Positions 30,267 to 40,837 of a DNA stretch of 64,000 nucleotides are shown here, in pieces (position 1 is the first letter of the stretch; every line of letters begins with the position of its first letter). Position numbers and translations under genes: made by a program. A model generated the notes under the pieces. That model had not been told where the DNA came from. It saw only the letters and a program-made list of their open reading frames with translations, and did not search any database. Source of the DNA: Prevotella sp. (GTDB taxonomy: Bacteria > Bacteroidota > Bacteroidia > Bacteroidales > Dysgonomonadaceae); NCBI GenBank assembly GCA_031285905.1, contig JAITVH010000122.1:51823-115822 (forward strand), given 5' to 3'.

Positions 30267-32639
30267 ATGGATAAGAAAGAGAAATCGAAAAAGAAAGGAT
30301 CTCCTAAGAAATACTCCTCCAACAAAATAGTAAAAGCCGTGTGGATTGTGTTCGGGTCAGGCATTCTGCTGACTTTTATACTATTCATATTGATCAATGC
30401 CGGTATCATCGGTTACATTCCTCCTATTGATAATCTTCAAAACCCGATAGACAAATATGCCTCACAGGTATACTCTGCCGATGGTGAAGTACTCGGAACA
30501 TTCTCACTGGAAAAGAACAACCGTATCTATTCCGATTTCAGTGAACTTCCTCCTTATCTTGTTAATGGCCTGGTTGCTACAGAGGATATTCGTTATTACG
30601 ACCATTCGGGTATTGATATAAAAGGAATGATTAGAGCTATTGTTAAAACTCTATCTGGACAAAAAACAAGTGGTGGAAGTACCCTCTCTCAGCAATTGAT
30701 TAAGCAACTTTACTCTCCGCCTGCTGAGTCTTTACTGGAGCGTGTTCTCCAAAAACCAGTTGAATGGGTGATAGCTGTCAAATTAGAAAGATTCTATACG
30801 AAAGAAGAGATAATAAGTCTTTATTTGAATAAATATGATTTTGGTAATAATGCAGTTGGTATTCAGTCTGCTGCCCAGGTTTACTTCAACAAAAAACCAA
30901 GAGATCTGAAAGTAGAAGAAGCTGCTATGCTGGTTGGGATGTGCAATAATTCTTCATTATATAATCCTAGGCTAAAACATAGGGTTGATACAACTAAACA
31001 TAGAAGAAATGTTGTTTTGAGCCAGATGTTTAAATATGGTTATATTACAAAACAACAATTTGATTCTTTGAGATTATTACCTATGACTCTTAATTTCAGA
31101 CAAGCCAGCCATAATGCAGGGCTTGCTCCATACACCAGAGAGTATCTACGCTTGACCATGAGTGCAAAAAAACCAGAAGCTAAAGATTATTTTGCATGGC
31201 AAAAAGATCAATATACACGTGACTCTATAAGTTGGCTTAATGACCCGTTATATGGATGGTGCAACAAGAACAAGAAACCGGATGGTTCTAATTACAATCT
31301 GGTTACAGACGGGCTTAAAATCTACACAACTATAGATTCGCGTATGCAGCAATATGCAGAAGAAGCGATGACAGAGCACTTAAGCAAAGAAATACAACCT
31401 AAATTTGACAAACAGAATAAAGGCCGCTCTTATGCCCCCTTTGCATATGCAGAAAGGAACAATATTGATACCTTCTTATATAGTGCAATGAAAGTCACTG
31501 ATCGCTATAGGAAAATGAAAAAAGCCGGAAAATCAGAGATAGATATATATAAGGTATTTCAGGAACCCGCAGAGATGAAAGTCTTCTCGTGGAGAGGGGA
31601 GATAGATACCATCATGACCCCTTGGGACTCGATCCGTTACCATAAAGGTATATTGCGTTCCGGATTTATGGCAATGGATACTCATACAGGATATGTGAAA
31701 GCATATGTAGGAGGCATTGATTTCAAATACTTCAAATACGATATGGTGAATCAGGGACGCCGACAAGTAGGCTCTACCATAAAGCCATACCTTTATACGC
31801 TGGCAATGGAAGAAGGTTTTACCCCTTGCGATGAAATGCTGCATGTAGAACAGATTCTGCATGATGAGAACGGAAGGGAATATCGTCCAAAAAATGCAAC
31901 TCCACGCCGCGTAGGCGAAATGGTCTCTATAAAATGGGGACTGCAAATGTCCGACAACTGGGTGACCGCTTATCTGATGAGCAAGACATCTCCATATACA
32001 TTCGCACAGCTGCTTCATTCTTTTGGTATAACAGGAAGAATAGATGCTGTAGTTTCCATGGCTTTAGGTACCCATGATGTTTCTGTCTCTGAAATGGCAG
32101 CAGCCTACACGGCCTTTGCCAACAAAGGTTTAAGAGCACGCCCACGCTATGTAACCCGAATCGAAGACTCATACGGGAACATCATCGCAAATGACGAATT
32201 CCTACCAACTCATGCTGAAGTCTTTAGCTTAGGAGCTTACGTGAAAATGCTGGATATGCTTCGTGGTGTGATGGACGGTGGAACGGGCGGACGTGTAAGA
32301 CGTAATTATGGAATAACCGCCCCGATGGGAGGCAAGACCGGAACTACTCAAAAGAACTCTGACGGTTGGTTTATGGCATTCACTCCGAGCCTTTCTGCAG
32401 GATGCTGGGTCGGCGGTGAAGACCGTTCAGTTCGGTTCGACCGCACTGCTGATGGACAGGGAGCCAGTACGGCACTACCAATATTCGGACTATTCATGAA
32501 GAAGGTATATGCCGACAAAGAGTTGGGATATAGCCAGACTGAACAGTTTGAAACAGTAAAGGGGTATAGTGTCTGCGACAAGTCGACAGAGGAACTTCCA
32601 GAAAGTAATACTGTAAAGATTGACGACATCTTCAATTAA
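30267..32639 (+). CDS. Class A penicillin-binding protein (PBP1a)
   Basis: Transglycosylase TEDIRY and GGSTLSQQL; transpeptidase STIK, SDN and KTG motifs. Confidence 0.93.
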   Translation: MDKKEKSKKKGSPKKYSSNKIVKAVWIVFGSGILLTFILFILINAGIIGYIPPIDNLQNPIDKYASQVYSADGEVLGTFSLEKNNRIYSDFSELPPYLVNGLVATEDIRYYDHSGIDIKGMIRAIVKTLSGQKTSGGSTLSQQLIKQLYSPPAESLLERVLQKPVEWVIAVKLERFYTKEEIISLYLNKYDFGNNAVGIQSAAQVYFNKKPRDLKVEEAAMLVGMCNNSSLYNPRLKHRVDTTKHRRNVVLSQMFKYGYITKQQFDSLRLLPMTLNFRQASHNAGLAPYTREYLRLTMSAKKPEAKDYFAWQKDQYTRDSISWLNDPLYGWCNKNKKPDGSNYNLVTDGLKIYTTIDSRMQQYAEEAMTEHLSKEIQPKFDKQNKGRSYAPFAYAERNNIDTFLYSAMKVTDRYRKMKKAGKSEIDIYKVFQEPAEMKVFSWRGEIDTIMTPWDSIRYHKGILRSGFMAMDTHTGYVKAYVGGIDFKYFKYDMVNQGRRQVGSTIKPYLYTLAMEEGFTPCDEMLHVEQILHDENGREYRPKNATPRRVGEMVSIKWGLQMSDNWVTAYLMSKTSPYTFAQLLHSFGITGRIDAVVSMALGTHDVSVSEMAAAYTAFANKGLRARPRYVTRIEDSYGNIIANDEFLPTHAEVFSLGAYVKMLDMLRGVMDGGTGGRVRRNYGITAPMGGKTGTTQKNSDGWFMAFTPSLSAGCWVGGEDRSVRFDRTADGQGASTALPIFGLFMKKVYADKELGYSQTEQFETVKGYSVCDKSTEELPESNTVKIDDIFN

Positions 32640-32672
32640 AACCTATATAAATCCTTAACATACAACCTTTAA

Positions 32673-33193
32673 GTGAAATTCTATTACATAGACGATATAA
32701 CCGGGCAACAGTGTGGCCCATTTGATCTGCAACAGTTAAGAACAAAGAATATACGCCCGGACACAATGGTTTGGCGCCCGGGAATGCCTGATTGGAAAAA
32801 AGCTGAAACGGTTGATGATTTGAAGTATTTATTCGAACCCAAATTTCAGCCTCCTCCCATCTACGAAAGACAGAATCCTCCTATAGAAGATAAAACCCCG
32901 CCAAACGAGCAGAATCAGGATAAATGGAATGGGATACTTCCCATGCCCAAAAACTGGCTGATCGAATCTATTGTCTTATCTGTTGTATGCTGTTCCCCTG
33001 TCAGTATGGTAGGAATTTACTATGCACTGAAAGTAGAAACGCGCTATTCGGCTATTCGGCAAAAGATTATGAAGGTTCTGTAAGGGCATCGAACTATGCC
33101 CGCAACTGGTCGCTCTTGGGAATACTATTTCTACCAGTATGTTATACATTATTCATGCTCTTCGGATTCATTGTTACCGTGCTGGGAGCCTAA
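32673..33193 (+). pseudogene. GYF_2/DUF4339 + CD225(dispanin) membrane protein, frameshifted
   Basis: GPF...MVWRPGMPDW, then PKNWLIESIVLSVVCC. An 8-bp duplication GCTATTCG at 33043-33058 splits the frame. Confidence 0.85.
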
Positions 33194-33213
33194 TAGTCAT
33201 AATCCTTTAAGTT

Positions 33214-33603
33214 TTGACTGACAAAAGAAAGTTATATGTCCTCAGGGCCATGGGAATTGTGTTGATGCTCCTGATTGGCGGTGTCTTCTACTACCTGTTT
33301 AGCCCCGAAGAAGCTTCTTTTTTTCCTAAATGTCCTTTCTATGCTATCACAGGACTTCAATGTCCCGGTTGTGGTTCTCAAAGGGCTATACACCATCTGC
33401 TTCATTTCGACTTAAAGAATGCTTTCCTGAGTAATTCTCTTTTAGTTATAGCTATCCCTTATATCCTTATAGGGATATATGCAGAATATTTTGGAGGCAA
33501 GGAAAGACACCCTAAACTAAAAGCAATCTTTTATAGCAAAAATATCATCCTGTTTATACTGGTTTCCATCATCGCCTTCTGGATAGGCAGAAATTTGATT
33601 TAA
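33214..33603 (+). CDS. DUF2752 membrane protein
   Basis: CPFYAITGLQCPGCGSQRA. Confidence 0.9.
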   Translation: MTDKRKLYVLRAMGIVLMLLIGGVFYYLFSPEEASFFPKCPFYAITGLQCPGCGSQRAIHHLLHFDLKNAFLSNSLLVIAIPYILIGIYAEYFGGKERHPKLKAIFYSKNIILFILVSIIAFWIGRNLI

Positions 33604-33608
33604 CCGTA

Positions 33609-34529
33609 TTATTTTACAGGTTCTACCGTGTAACCCAGCTTGGCCAATTGATATAGTAAACCATCTTCTGCCGGCAAATGAAGTGCACCTACTGCTATGA
33701 GGCTCGATTTCTCTTTCATTATCTGAGGTAGTTTCTCAATCCATTTGTCATTTCTGTCTTTATTCAAGGCATTTTGTTGTTTCTGCGACATCTTACACGG
33801 ATCATCAGGATTATTGAAAGAAAGATTGTACATCTTATCCAATTGTCCCTTCTTATAATAAGTATTCAATGCATTGAGTTGATCTTTGGATATCTCTTTA
33901 TTATCTATCATACACACTAAAGACCGGGCTTGATCTTTAAGTGGTTCGGCATCGAAAACCACACGTATTTGGTCTTCGACGGTCTCCAGTCCTAATACTG
34001 GTTTCCCCTTTTCTTTAGCTATCCGTTGTACATAGCTATCGATTGCCTCATGGCTCATCGGATTAAATTCGGGATATAGTTTTGTATAGAAAGCAATAGT
34101 ATAGATCATCGATATCATACCCGGTTTGAACATCCCAAGCTGATCGATACCAGCACCCAGCATATCTTTTAATCCTACATCCAATTTTATATAATCTTCA
34201 GGAGACAGCAACTTGCTATAGCTCTCCCCTGCCGGCATAGCGGCTGCTTGTTGAAATTTCCCTTGCATAGCAGATTGATCCGACATTAGCAATTCTCCTA
34301 CGGTTTGCTCTGCCGACTCTATTATATTTTTCAGACCTTTAATACTGTCAATAAAGCTTATATGTGTCAGGTGATGCGTACCCAGGATATAAGAAGGTTT
34401 AGTAAGCCCGTTTCCGGATACCTTCCATAAGAGTGCTCCTGTATATTCATTCTGCTTCTGTGCAGAAGCCGTAACAAAAGTCAATATGGATATAACGATA
34501 ACAATAATTGATGTTGTAATAGCTTTCAT
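33609..34529 (-). CDS. TraB/GumN family protein
   Basis: LLWKVSG, SYILGTHH, GLET, RN and AVGALHL motifs. Confidence 0.9.
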   Translation of the reverse strand: MKAITTSIIVIVISILTFVTASAQKQNEYTGALLWKVSGNGLTKPSYILGTHHLTHISFIDSIKGLKNIIESAEQTVGELLMSDQSAMQGKFQQAAAMPAGESYSKLLSPEDYIKLDVGLKDMLGAGIDQLGMFKPGMISMIYTIAFYTKLYPEFNPMSHEAIDSYVQRIAKEKGKPVLGLETVEDQIRVVFDAEPLKDQARSLVCMIDNKEISKDQLNALNTYYKKGQLDKMYNLSFNNPDDPCKMSQKQQNALNKDRNDKWIEKLPQIMKEKSSLIAVGALHLPAEDGLLYQLAKLGYTVEPVK

Positions 34530-34557
34530 ATATTAAGTCTTTAAATTATAAAAAGGT

Positions 34558-35154
34558 TCATATCCCGTCCTCTATTTCAAACTCCTCTATTTCTTTTATC
34601 GCATCCTGTATTTTTTTGATATTATTCATATAAAAGAACTTATATATCAAAATCATAAGTATGGCAAAAAGGATTATCATTGCTGCCAGTCCGATCCATA
34701 ATATAAAGGATAAATCGGGACTACTCAGTTCCGGAATCTGTACCGGCATTGCAAAAAAAGTAAAGCAGATGAAAACAGCTAATCCCCAGGCCGCACCAAT
34801 AAATATCTCATAAGAGAGGTATTTCTTGTATGTCGTTATCCGTTTCGAGACATCTAATATTCCCATTTCTATAAGGTCAATCTTTTTTAGATAACTTATT
34901 TTATACCATTGCCATACAAAGCTTACTACCAACCCTGCAAAGTATAAAATCCCCGGTATGGGATGCAAATTATAAAACCAGACACCAGCAAAGATGCAGG
35001 GAATAAGGAGGATAAAATATACCATCTCTACCATGAATAACCTGTTGAATGCATTCTTACTACGATTATTCAGCATCCTCCTGATCTTTTCTTCATCAAT
35101 AGAAGGTTTGATTTCATTTTCCTGCCACGTTTTCTTTATATTATCAAGTTCCAT
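34558..35154 (-). CDS. Membrane protein, probable anti-sigma partner
   Basis: MELDNIKKTW start, four TM segments, directly downstream of the ECF sigma gene. Confidence 0.65.
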   Translation of the reverse strand: MELDNIKKTWQENEIKPSIDEEKIRRMLNNRSKNAFNRLFMVEMVYFILLIPCIFAGVWFYNLHPIPGILYFAGLVVSFVWQWYKISYLKKIDLIEMGILDVSKRITTYKKYLSYEIFIGAAWGLAVFICFTFFAMPVQIPELSSPDLSFILWIGLAAMIILFAILMILIYKFFYMNNIKKIQDAIKEIEEFEIEDGI

Positions 35155-35159
35155 AATGG

Positions 35160-35648
35160 TTAATTTGATTCGTTTGACATTTTCTTTAATTTGTCCTTTA
35201 TCCTGCTCAGTTTGGTTGCCACATTAGTGACAGACAGATCCGTTATTTCGGCTATCTCCTTATAAGACTTATCATCCAGATAGAGCAGTACTAAGGCACG
35301 CTCTATTTTGCCAAGACGGCCTATAAGCCTGTAAAGTTCCTGTATCTGTTCATTATTCTCTACTGTGTCTGGTATATCCATCGATATATCCACATAACTT
35401 ATATTCTTTCTCCGGCGATAAAACGACACACACGTGTTCAAGGCTATCCTGTATATCCATGTAGAGTATTTACTCTCTCCCCTGAACGATGGGAACGCTT
35501 TCCACAGATTGAGTACCACTTCCTGATAAAGATCGCCCAGTGGTTGTTCCTTATCAGCGTAGAAAGAGGCCACTTTGTAAATGACACCTTCGTTTTGGCG
35601 TATCATCTCTAAGAATTGCTTATCCCCTCCTTCGGAAGTTTGTTTCAT
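35160..35648 (-). CDS. ECF-type sigma-70 factor
   Basis: DLYQEVVLNLWKAF, STWIYRIALN and SYKEIAEIT motifs. Confidence 0.93.
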   Translation of the reverse strand: MKQTSEGGDKQFLEMIRQNEGVIYKVASFYADKEQPLGDLYQEVVLNLWKAFPSFRGESKYSTWIYRIALNTCVSFYRRRKNISYVDISMDIPDTVENNEQIQELYRLIGRLGKIERALVLLYLDDKSYKEIAEITDLSVTNVATKLSRIKDKLKKMSNESN

Positions 35649-35809
35649 CTGTTTTTCATGTTTTATATGATATATGTCGCTTATTCTCCTGAATTGTCAC
35701 ATTATCCACATATTTTTTGTTTTATTAAGTATATAGCACTGTTTCAGGCCCTTTCATATACAATCTACATTTCGTACCTTTACAGTCTTAATAAAACGCA
35801 ATTAATATA

Positions 35810-36424
35810 GTGAAAAAAATCATATGGGCTTTAATAGCCATCGGCTGTTTTTCGGCCTGTAACACTTATACTAACATGACAAAAGAAGAAAAGGAACTGA
35901 CTTATAACGGAAAGATTGACGAACCTTTCAGAGTATTGATCACCGCAAATGAAGAGGATTCATTACTACTTCGCAAAAAAAGTACCGACATAGAAAATGT
36001 AGAGAATATAGCAAACGACAAAGACTGGCAATTCTTTATCGAACGCCTGAAATTAACTATGGCCGTAGAATCGGGTGTAGGAATCTCTGCCGTTCAGGTT
36101 GGTGTATTAAGGAACTTATTCCTGTTTATGCGGCTCGACAAGCCGGAATTTCCTGTCGAGGTAGCTATTAACCCACGCATAGTAGCTCATTCTCCGGAAG
36201 AGATCTGTTTCGAGGATGACGGCTGTTTGTCAATTCCCGGCGAATCGGCTGACTCCCGACGTTATGCATGGATAGACGTAGAATATTATAACGAAAAAGG
36301 GGAACTAATCAAAGAACGGCTTTCGGGTGTTTCCCGGCAAGGAGATTTCACAGGGATCGTTTTCCAGCACGAATATGATCATTTGCAGGGCGTTCTATAT
36401 ATTGACAAAATCTGGAATGAATAG
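35810..36424 (+). CDS. Peptide deformylase homolog with lipoprotein signal
   Basis: GVGISAVQVG, DGCLSIPG and QHEYDHL motifs; N-terminal lipobox FSAC. Confidence 0.85.
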   Translation: MKKIIWALIAIGCFSACNTYTNMTKEEKELTYNGKIDEPFRVLITANEEDSLLLRKKSTDIENVENIANDKDWQFFIERLKLTMAVESGVGISAVQVGVLRNLFLFMRLDKPEFPVEVAINPRIVAHSPEEICFEDDGCLSIPGESADSRRYAWIDVEYYNEKGELIKERLSGVSRQGDFTGIVFQHEYDHLQGVLYIDKIWNE

Positions 36425-36559
36425 TGGACGGCCCGAAAATATTTCAGCCGATTACCATATTATTGTAGCAAAATATAATTTCCGTATCAACTAAAATTGT
36501 AATTTTGCCAATTAAACTATCAATATATATTAAAACTGACTGATTAAATTTTTACGAGT

Positions 36560-37579
36560 ATGAATGCAATAGATTGGTCTAATTTGTCTTTCGGATACAT
36601 CAAGACAGATTACAATGTAAGAAGCCACTACAAAGATGGTAAATGGAGTACCCCAACAGAAACAACATCTGAGCAAATTGACATTCATATGGCAGCGACA
36701 AGTCTGCATTATGGTCAGGAAGCCTTTGAAGGGCTTAAAGCTTTTAGAGGAAAAGACGGGAAAATCCGTATTTTCAGAATGCGCGAAAATGCATTAAGGA
36801 TGCAATCGTCCAGTCATGGCGTAATGATGGCAGAATTGCCTGTTGAGGTATTTGAAGAAGCTGTAATCAAGGCTGTGAAATTAAATGAACGCTTTGTTCC
36901 TCCTTACGGAAGCGGGGCATCTCTATATATCCGCCCTTTATTGATCGGAACAAGTGCCCAGGTGGGGGTAAAACCTGCTACAGAATACCTGTTTTTGGTA
37001 TTTGTTACACCGGTAGGCCCTTATTTTAAAGAAGGATTTAAACCTACTCCTGTAGTTATATTACGTGGTTTTGATAGAGCTGCGCCGTTAGGTACGGGAA
37101 CAATTAAGGTGGGAGGAAATTATGCTGCCAGTCTTGTTGCCGGAGACAAAGCCCATGCAATGGGATATTCTGCTGTACTATATCTGGATGCAAAAGAGAA
37201 AAAGTATCTGGATGAATGTGGCCCGGCTAATTTTTACGGAATTAAAGACAATACATATATCACTCCTGAGTCAACATCTATCTTACCCTCTATCACAAAC
37301 AAAAGCCTGATGCAACTGGCTAAAGATATGGGAATGACGGTTGAGCGCAGGCAAATACCTGAAGAAGAACTTGTTACATTCGAAGAGGCCGGGCAGGTAG
37401 GTACTGCTGCCGTAATAAGCCCTATTCTGAGGGTGGACGACATAGACGAAAACAAATCGTATGTAATCTCCAAAGACGGGAATGCAGGCCCGGTCAGCAC
37501 AAAATTATACAATAAACTGAGAGGTATTCAACTGGGAGATGAACCTGATACCCACGGATGGGTTACGGTATTGGATTAA
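36560..37579 (+). CDS. ilvE: Branched-chain amino acid aminotransferase
   Basis: LHYGQEAFEGLKAF, KVGGNYAAS and ILPSIT motifs. Confidence 0.95.
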   Translation: MNAIDWSNLSFGYIKTDYNVRSHYKDGKWSTPTETTSEQIDIHMAATSLHYGQEAFEGLKAFRGKDGKIRIFRMRENALRMQSSSHGVMMAELPVEVFEEAVIKAVKLNERFVPPYGSGASLYIRPLLIGTSAQVGVKPATEYLFLVFVTPVGPYFKEGFKPTPVVILRGFDRAAPLGTGTIKVGGNYAASLVAGDKAHAMGYSAVLYLDAKEKKYLDECGPANFYGIKDNTYITPESTSILPSITNKSLMQLAKDMGMTVERRQIPEEELVTFEEAGQVGTAAVISPILRVDDIDENKSYVISKDGNAGPVSTKLYNKLRGIQLGDEPDTHGWVTVLD

Positions 37580-37606
37580 GAGTTGGTTATACCCGCGATT
37601 TAAAAT

Positions 37607-38389
37607 ATGGAGCAAATAATAGAAGAGAAAAATAAAAGAATGGTGCTCCGCACCGAAAACTTAGTCAAGAAATACAAATCGAGGACTGTGGTCAATCATG
37701 TCTCCATAGATGTGAAGCAAGGAGAGATTGTAGGACTTCTTGGCCCTAATGGTGCAGGGAAAACCACCACTTTCTATATGACCGTAGGTCTGGTGATACC
37801 GAATGAAGGCAAAATCTTCCTCAACGAGCACGAGATCACCAAATACCCTGTGTATAAGCGTGCCCAAAACGGTATCGGTTATCTGGCTCAGGAAGCTTCC
37901 ATATTTCGTAAAATGACTGTAGAAGACAATATACGGTCGGTGCTGGAAATGACTAAACAGTCCAAAGCTTATCAAAAGGAGAAACTAGAAAGTCTTATTG
38001 ATGAGTTCGGGCTTCATAAAGTAAGAAGGAATCTTGGAGATAGATTGTCGGGGGGAGAAAGACGGCGTGCCGAGATTGCGCGATGCCTTGCCATCGACCC
38101 TAAGTTCATCATGCTCGACGAACCTTTTGCCGGGGTAGATCCGATTGCTGTGCAAGACATACAAGAGATAGTTGCAAAACTTAAGTATAAAAATATCGGG
38201 ATACTTATTACCGACCATAATGTGGACGAAACACTTAGTATCACAGACAGGGCCTACCTCTTGTTTGAAGGAAAGGTCTTATTCCAGGGAACTGCGCAGG
38301 AACTGGCCTCAAATGAAATTGTGCGGGAAAAATATCTGGGACGTGACTTCGAACTTAAACGGCGAAATTTTGAGCATTTGATCGATTGA
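37607..38389 (+). CDS. lptB: LPS export ABC transporter ATPase
   Basis: GPNGAGKTT, YLAQEASIFR, LDEPFAGVDP and ITDHNV motifs. Confidence 0.93.
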   Translation: MEQIIEEKNKRMVLRTENLVKKYKSRTVVNHVSIDVKQGEIVGLLGPNGAGKTTTFYMTVGLVIPNEGKIFLNEHEITKYPVYKRAQNGIGYLAQEASIFRKMTVEDNIRSVLEMTKQSKAYQKEKLESLIDEFGLHKVRRNLGDRLSGGERRRAEIARCLAIDPKFIMLDEPFAGVDPIAVQDIQEIVAKLKYKNIGILITDHNVDETLSITDRAYLLFEGKVLFQGTAQELASNEIVREKYLGRDFELKRRNFEHLID

Positions 38390-38596
38390 GATTAACACTT
38401 GTTTTTCGAGTTTAAAAACGCTTTGACAATCAATATTTCACAAAGAACTCTTAAATTCTTTGTGATTTTTTTACATTCTCTACGCTAAGAAGGAAGAAAC
38501 GTATTTTCATGATGGCTATTGTATTAGTTCTATTCTAGCATCAATATCCGAATACTCCAGCATTTTTCTCACAATCCTATCAGAATAATTACTCAT

Positions 38597-38860
38597 TATA
38601 TTGAAGAAGGCAAAACCTTTAATAAAAGAAACTTATAAGGTTTTAGGAGAAGAAAAGCTTAAGGAATTGAAATATGCCCAGGGAAAAATAAGAGAATAAT
38701 TAATAAAAGCATTCAATAAGACAAAAGATGAAAAGATTATAAAGTCTGTTTTGGAGAAACTATGCATAAAGAAACTCCTGAAGGTAAACCAAATGAAGAA
38801 TTACAGAAAATATATGAACGTTTAGAGATAAAAGGCCCTCTCCTAAAAGAGAGTAAAACT
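38597..38860 (+). pseudogene. Degraded coding remnant, possibly of mobile-element origin
   Basis: Broken frames KPLIKETYKVLGEEKLKELKYAQGKIRE* and ELQKIYERLEIKG. Confidence 0.3.
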
Positions 38861-38951
38861 ACCAAATATATAACGATAATAAAAGTGAAGTCATTCTATG
38901 TGAATCAATTAAATTCAACATCATGAATAATGAAAAAGAAAGCTATTGACA

Positions 38952-39509
38952 TTAATTTGTTTTGATAACTTTTGTTTTAGAAAACATATCATGAAACCCA
39001 TTTCTAGTAAAAAGAAAGGAAATTTGGTCAAAAGGAATAAAACGACAAACTGTTCTTATAATTATATCTGTATTTTTCGGAATCTCTTCATTGTATGTCA
39101 CAACTTTAGTTTTAGTAATAAACTTACCAAGTGTTCTTTGATACTTAATCTCAGATATACTATAATATAAAATATAAGATATAATTATAATAAAATAGCT
39201 GACAATCATATGGCTGGCTTTATGAGCATTAAGAGGAAATGTTAATAAAAAGGCTATAACTAACCAGACTAAGGTATCTATTATAAAATTGATTAACCTA
39301 ACCCCTGAACTGACTGTATTTTTTATCTCTGCTTTTATAATATCTTGAGTTATATTATCTATTTCTTCCGATGGGATATTCCTGCTTGCAAGTTCTTTTT
39401 CTGCTGCCTCTATGGCTATTTCTTGATAATCATTTCTATCTATTTGAGTAATTTTAATTAATTCCTCTGCCGATTTTAAAGACATTATTTTATTAAAGTC
39501 ATTTTCCAT
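38952..39509 (-). CDS. RDD family membrane protein
   Basis: RLINFIID, QRTLGK and GFHDMFSKTKV motifs. Confidence 0.85.
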   Translation of the reverse strand: MENDFNKIMSLKSAEELIKITQIDRNDYQEIAIEAAEKELASRNIPSEEIDNITQDIIKAEIKNTVSSGVRLINFIIDTLVWLVIAFLLTFPLNAHKASHMIVSYFIIIISYILYYSISEIKYQRTLGKFITKTKVVTYNEEIPKNTDIIIRTVCRFIPFDQISFLFTRNGFHDMFSKTKVIKTN

Positions 39510-39841
39510 AGTATAATCTTGTTAAGATGAAATACACAAATATAATGATAATATTTTTTGCATGTATTAATATTATTCCTTACCTCAAAAAAATCCTCTC
39601 CCCATAAATAAGAAATGACTTTATATACTTGCAGAACACTACTGAAAAAGAAAAAGTACACAAAAAGAATTATTAGAACCAATGCAAAATATAAATAAAT
39701 TTCAGTGAAATTTGATCACCTTTCTTTTCGAAACTTTTCAACAATTAAACAAAAGAAAGTTCAACATGTTAACGTTATATTATTTACTTCTATTATCTTA
39801 GGGGTAGATTAATATTTTTGTCTAACTTTGTCCTCTTAGAT

Positions 39842-40267
39842 ATGGGGCGTTACTTAGCAATAGATTATGGCACGAAACGTACAGGTATAGCGGTTTCCGA
39901 TAATCTGAAGATTATTGCAAACGGGCTTACGACTGTACCTACTCATACCTTGTTGTATTATTTAAAATCCTATTTTGAGAAAGAGAATGTAGAAAAAATT
40001 ATTGTAGGCTTACCTAAACAAATGAACAACGAATATTCGGAGAATATGAAGCATATTCGTCCATTTGTAAAAAAGTTGCAATCTCTTTATCCTGATATAC
40101 CTGTAGAACTATACGATGAACGTTTTACATCGTCGTTGGCACAACAGACAATAATAGAAGCAGGACTAAAGAAAAAAGACCGGCAGAATAAGGCTCTGGT
40201 AGATGAAGTCAGTGCTGTTATTATCTTGCAAAGCTATATGGAAAGCCTGCGTTTACAAAACAGATAA
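39842..40267 (+). CDS. ruvX: YqgF/RuvX family nuclease (pre-16S rRNA processing)
   Basis: LAIDYGTKRTGIAVSD, VGLP and DERFTS motifs; ATG at 39842. Confidence 0.93.
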   Translation: MGRYLAIDYGTKRTGIAVSDNLKIIANGLTTVPTHTLLYYLKSYFEKENVEKIIVGLPKQMNNEYSENMKHIRPFVKKLQSLYPDIPVELYDERFTSSLAQQTIIEAGLKKKDRQNKALVDEVSAVIILQSYMESLRLQNR

Positions 40268-40273
40268 CCAAAT

Positions 40274-40837
40274 ATGATATTACCTATATATTTATATGGA
40301 CAGCCGGTACTGAGAAAGGAGGCAAAAGAGATTACAGCGGATTATCCAAACCTGAAGGAATTGATCGACAATATGTTTGAGACAATGTACAATGCAGATG
40401 GTGTGGGTTTGGCTGCCCCTCAGATTGGCCTTGAGATCCGTCTTTTTGTAATAGATCTGAAACCATTGGCTGAAGATGATCCCAAATACGGCGAATTTAA
40501 AAAAGTATTTATAAATCCCAGAATAATCGAATATAGCGGTGACCTTGTAAAGATGGAAGAAGGTTGCCTGAGCATTCCTGGCATAAACGAAATAGTGGAA
40601 AGGGAAGAAAAAATAAGAATTCAATATGTGGATGAAAACTTTACAGCCCATGACGAAGTATACGGCGATTTCTATGCCCGATGCATCCAACACGAATATG
40701 ACCATATTGAAGGAAAGCTTTTTGTTGACAAAATATCGGGAATCCGTAAACAATTGATCAAAAGCAAGCTGAATAACCTGATCAAAGGCAAAGTTAACTG
40801 TCGGTATAGAGTGAAGGCTCTGAATGGTAAACACTGA
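40274..40837 (+). CDS. def: Peptide deformylase
   Basis: [18 protein letters not shown] and QHEYDH motifs. Confidence 0.96.
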   Translation: MILPIYLYGQPVLRKEAKEITADYPNLKELIDNMFETMYNADGVGLAAPQIGLEIRLFVIDLKPLAEDDPKYGEFKKVFINPRIIEYSGDLVKMEEGCLSIPGINEIVEREEKIRIQYVDENFTAHDEVYGDFYARCIQHEYDHIEGKLFVDKISGIRKQLIKSKLNNLIKGKVNCRYRVKALNGKH

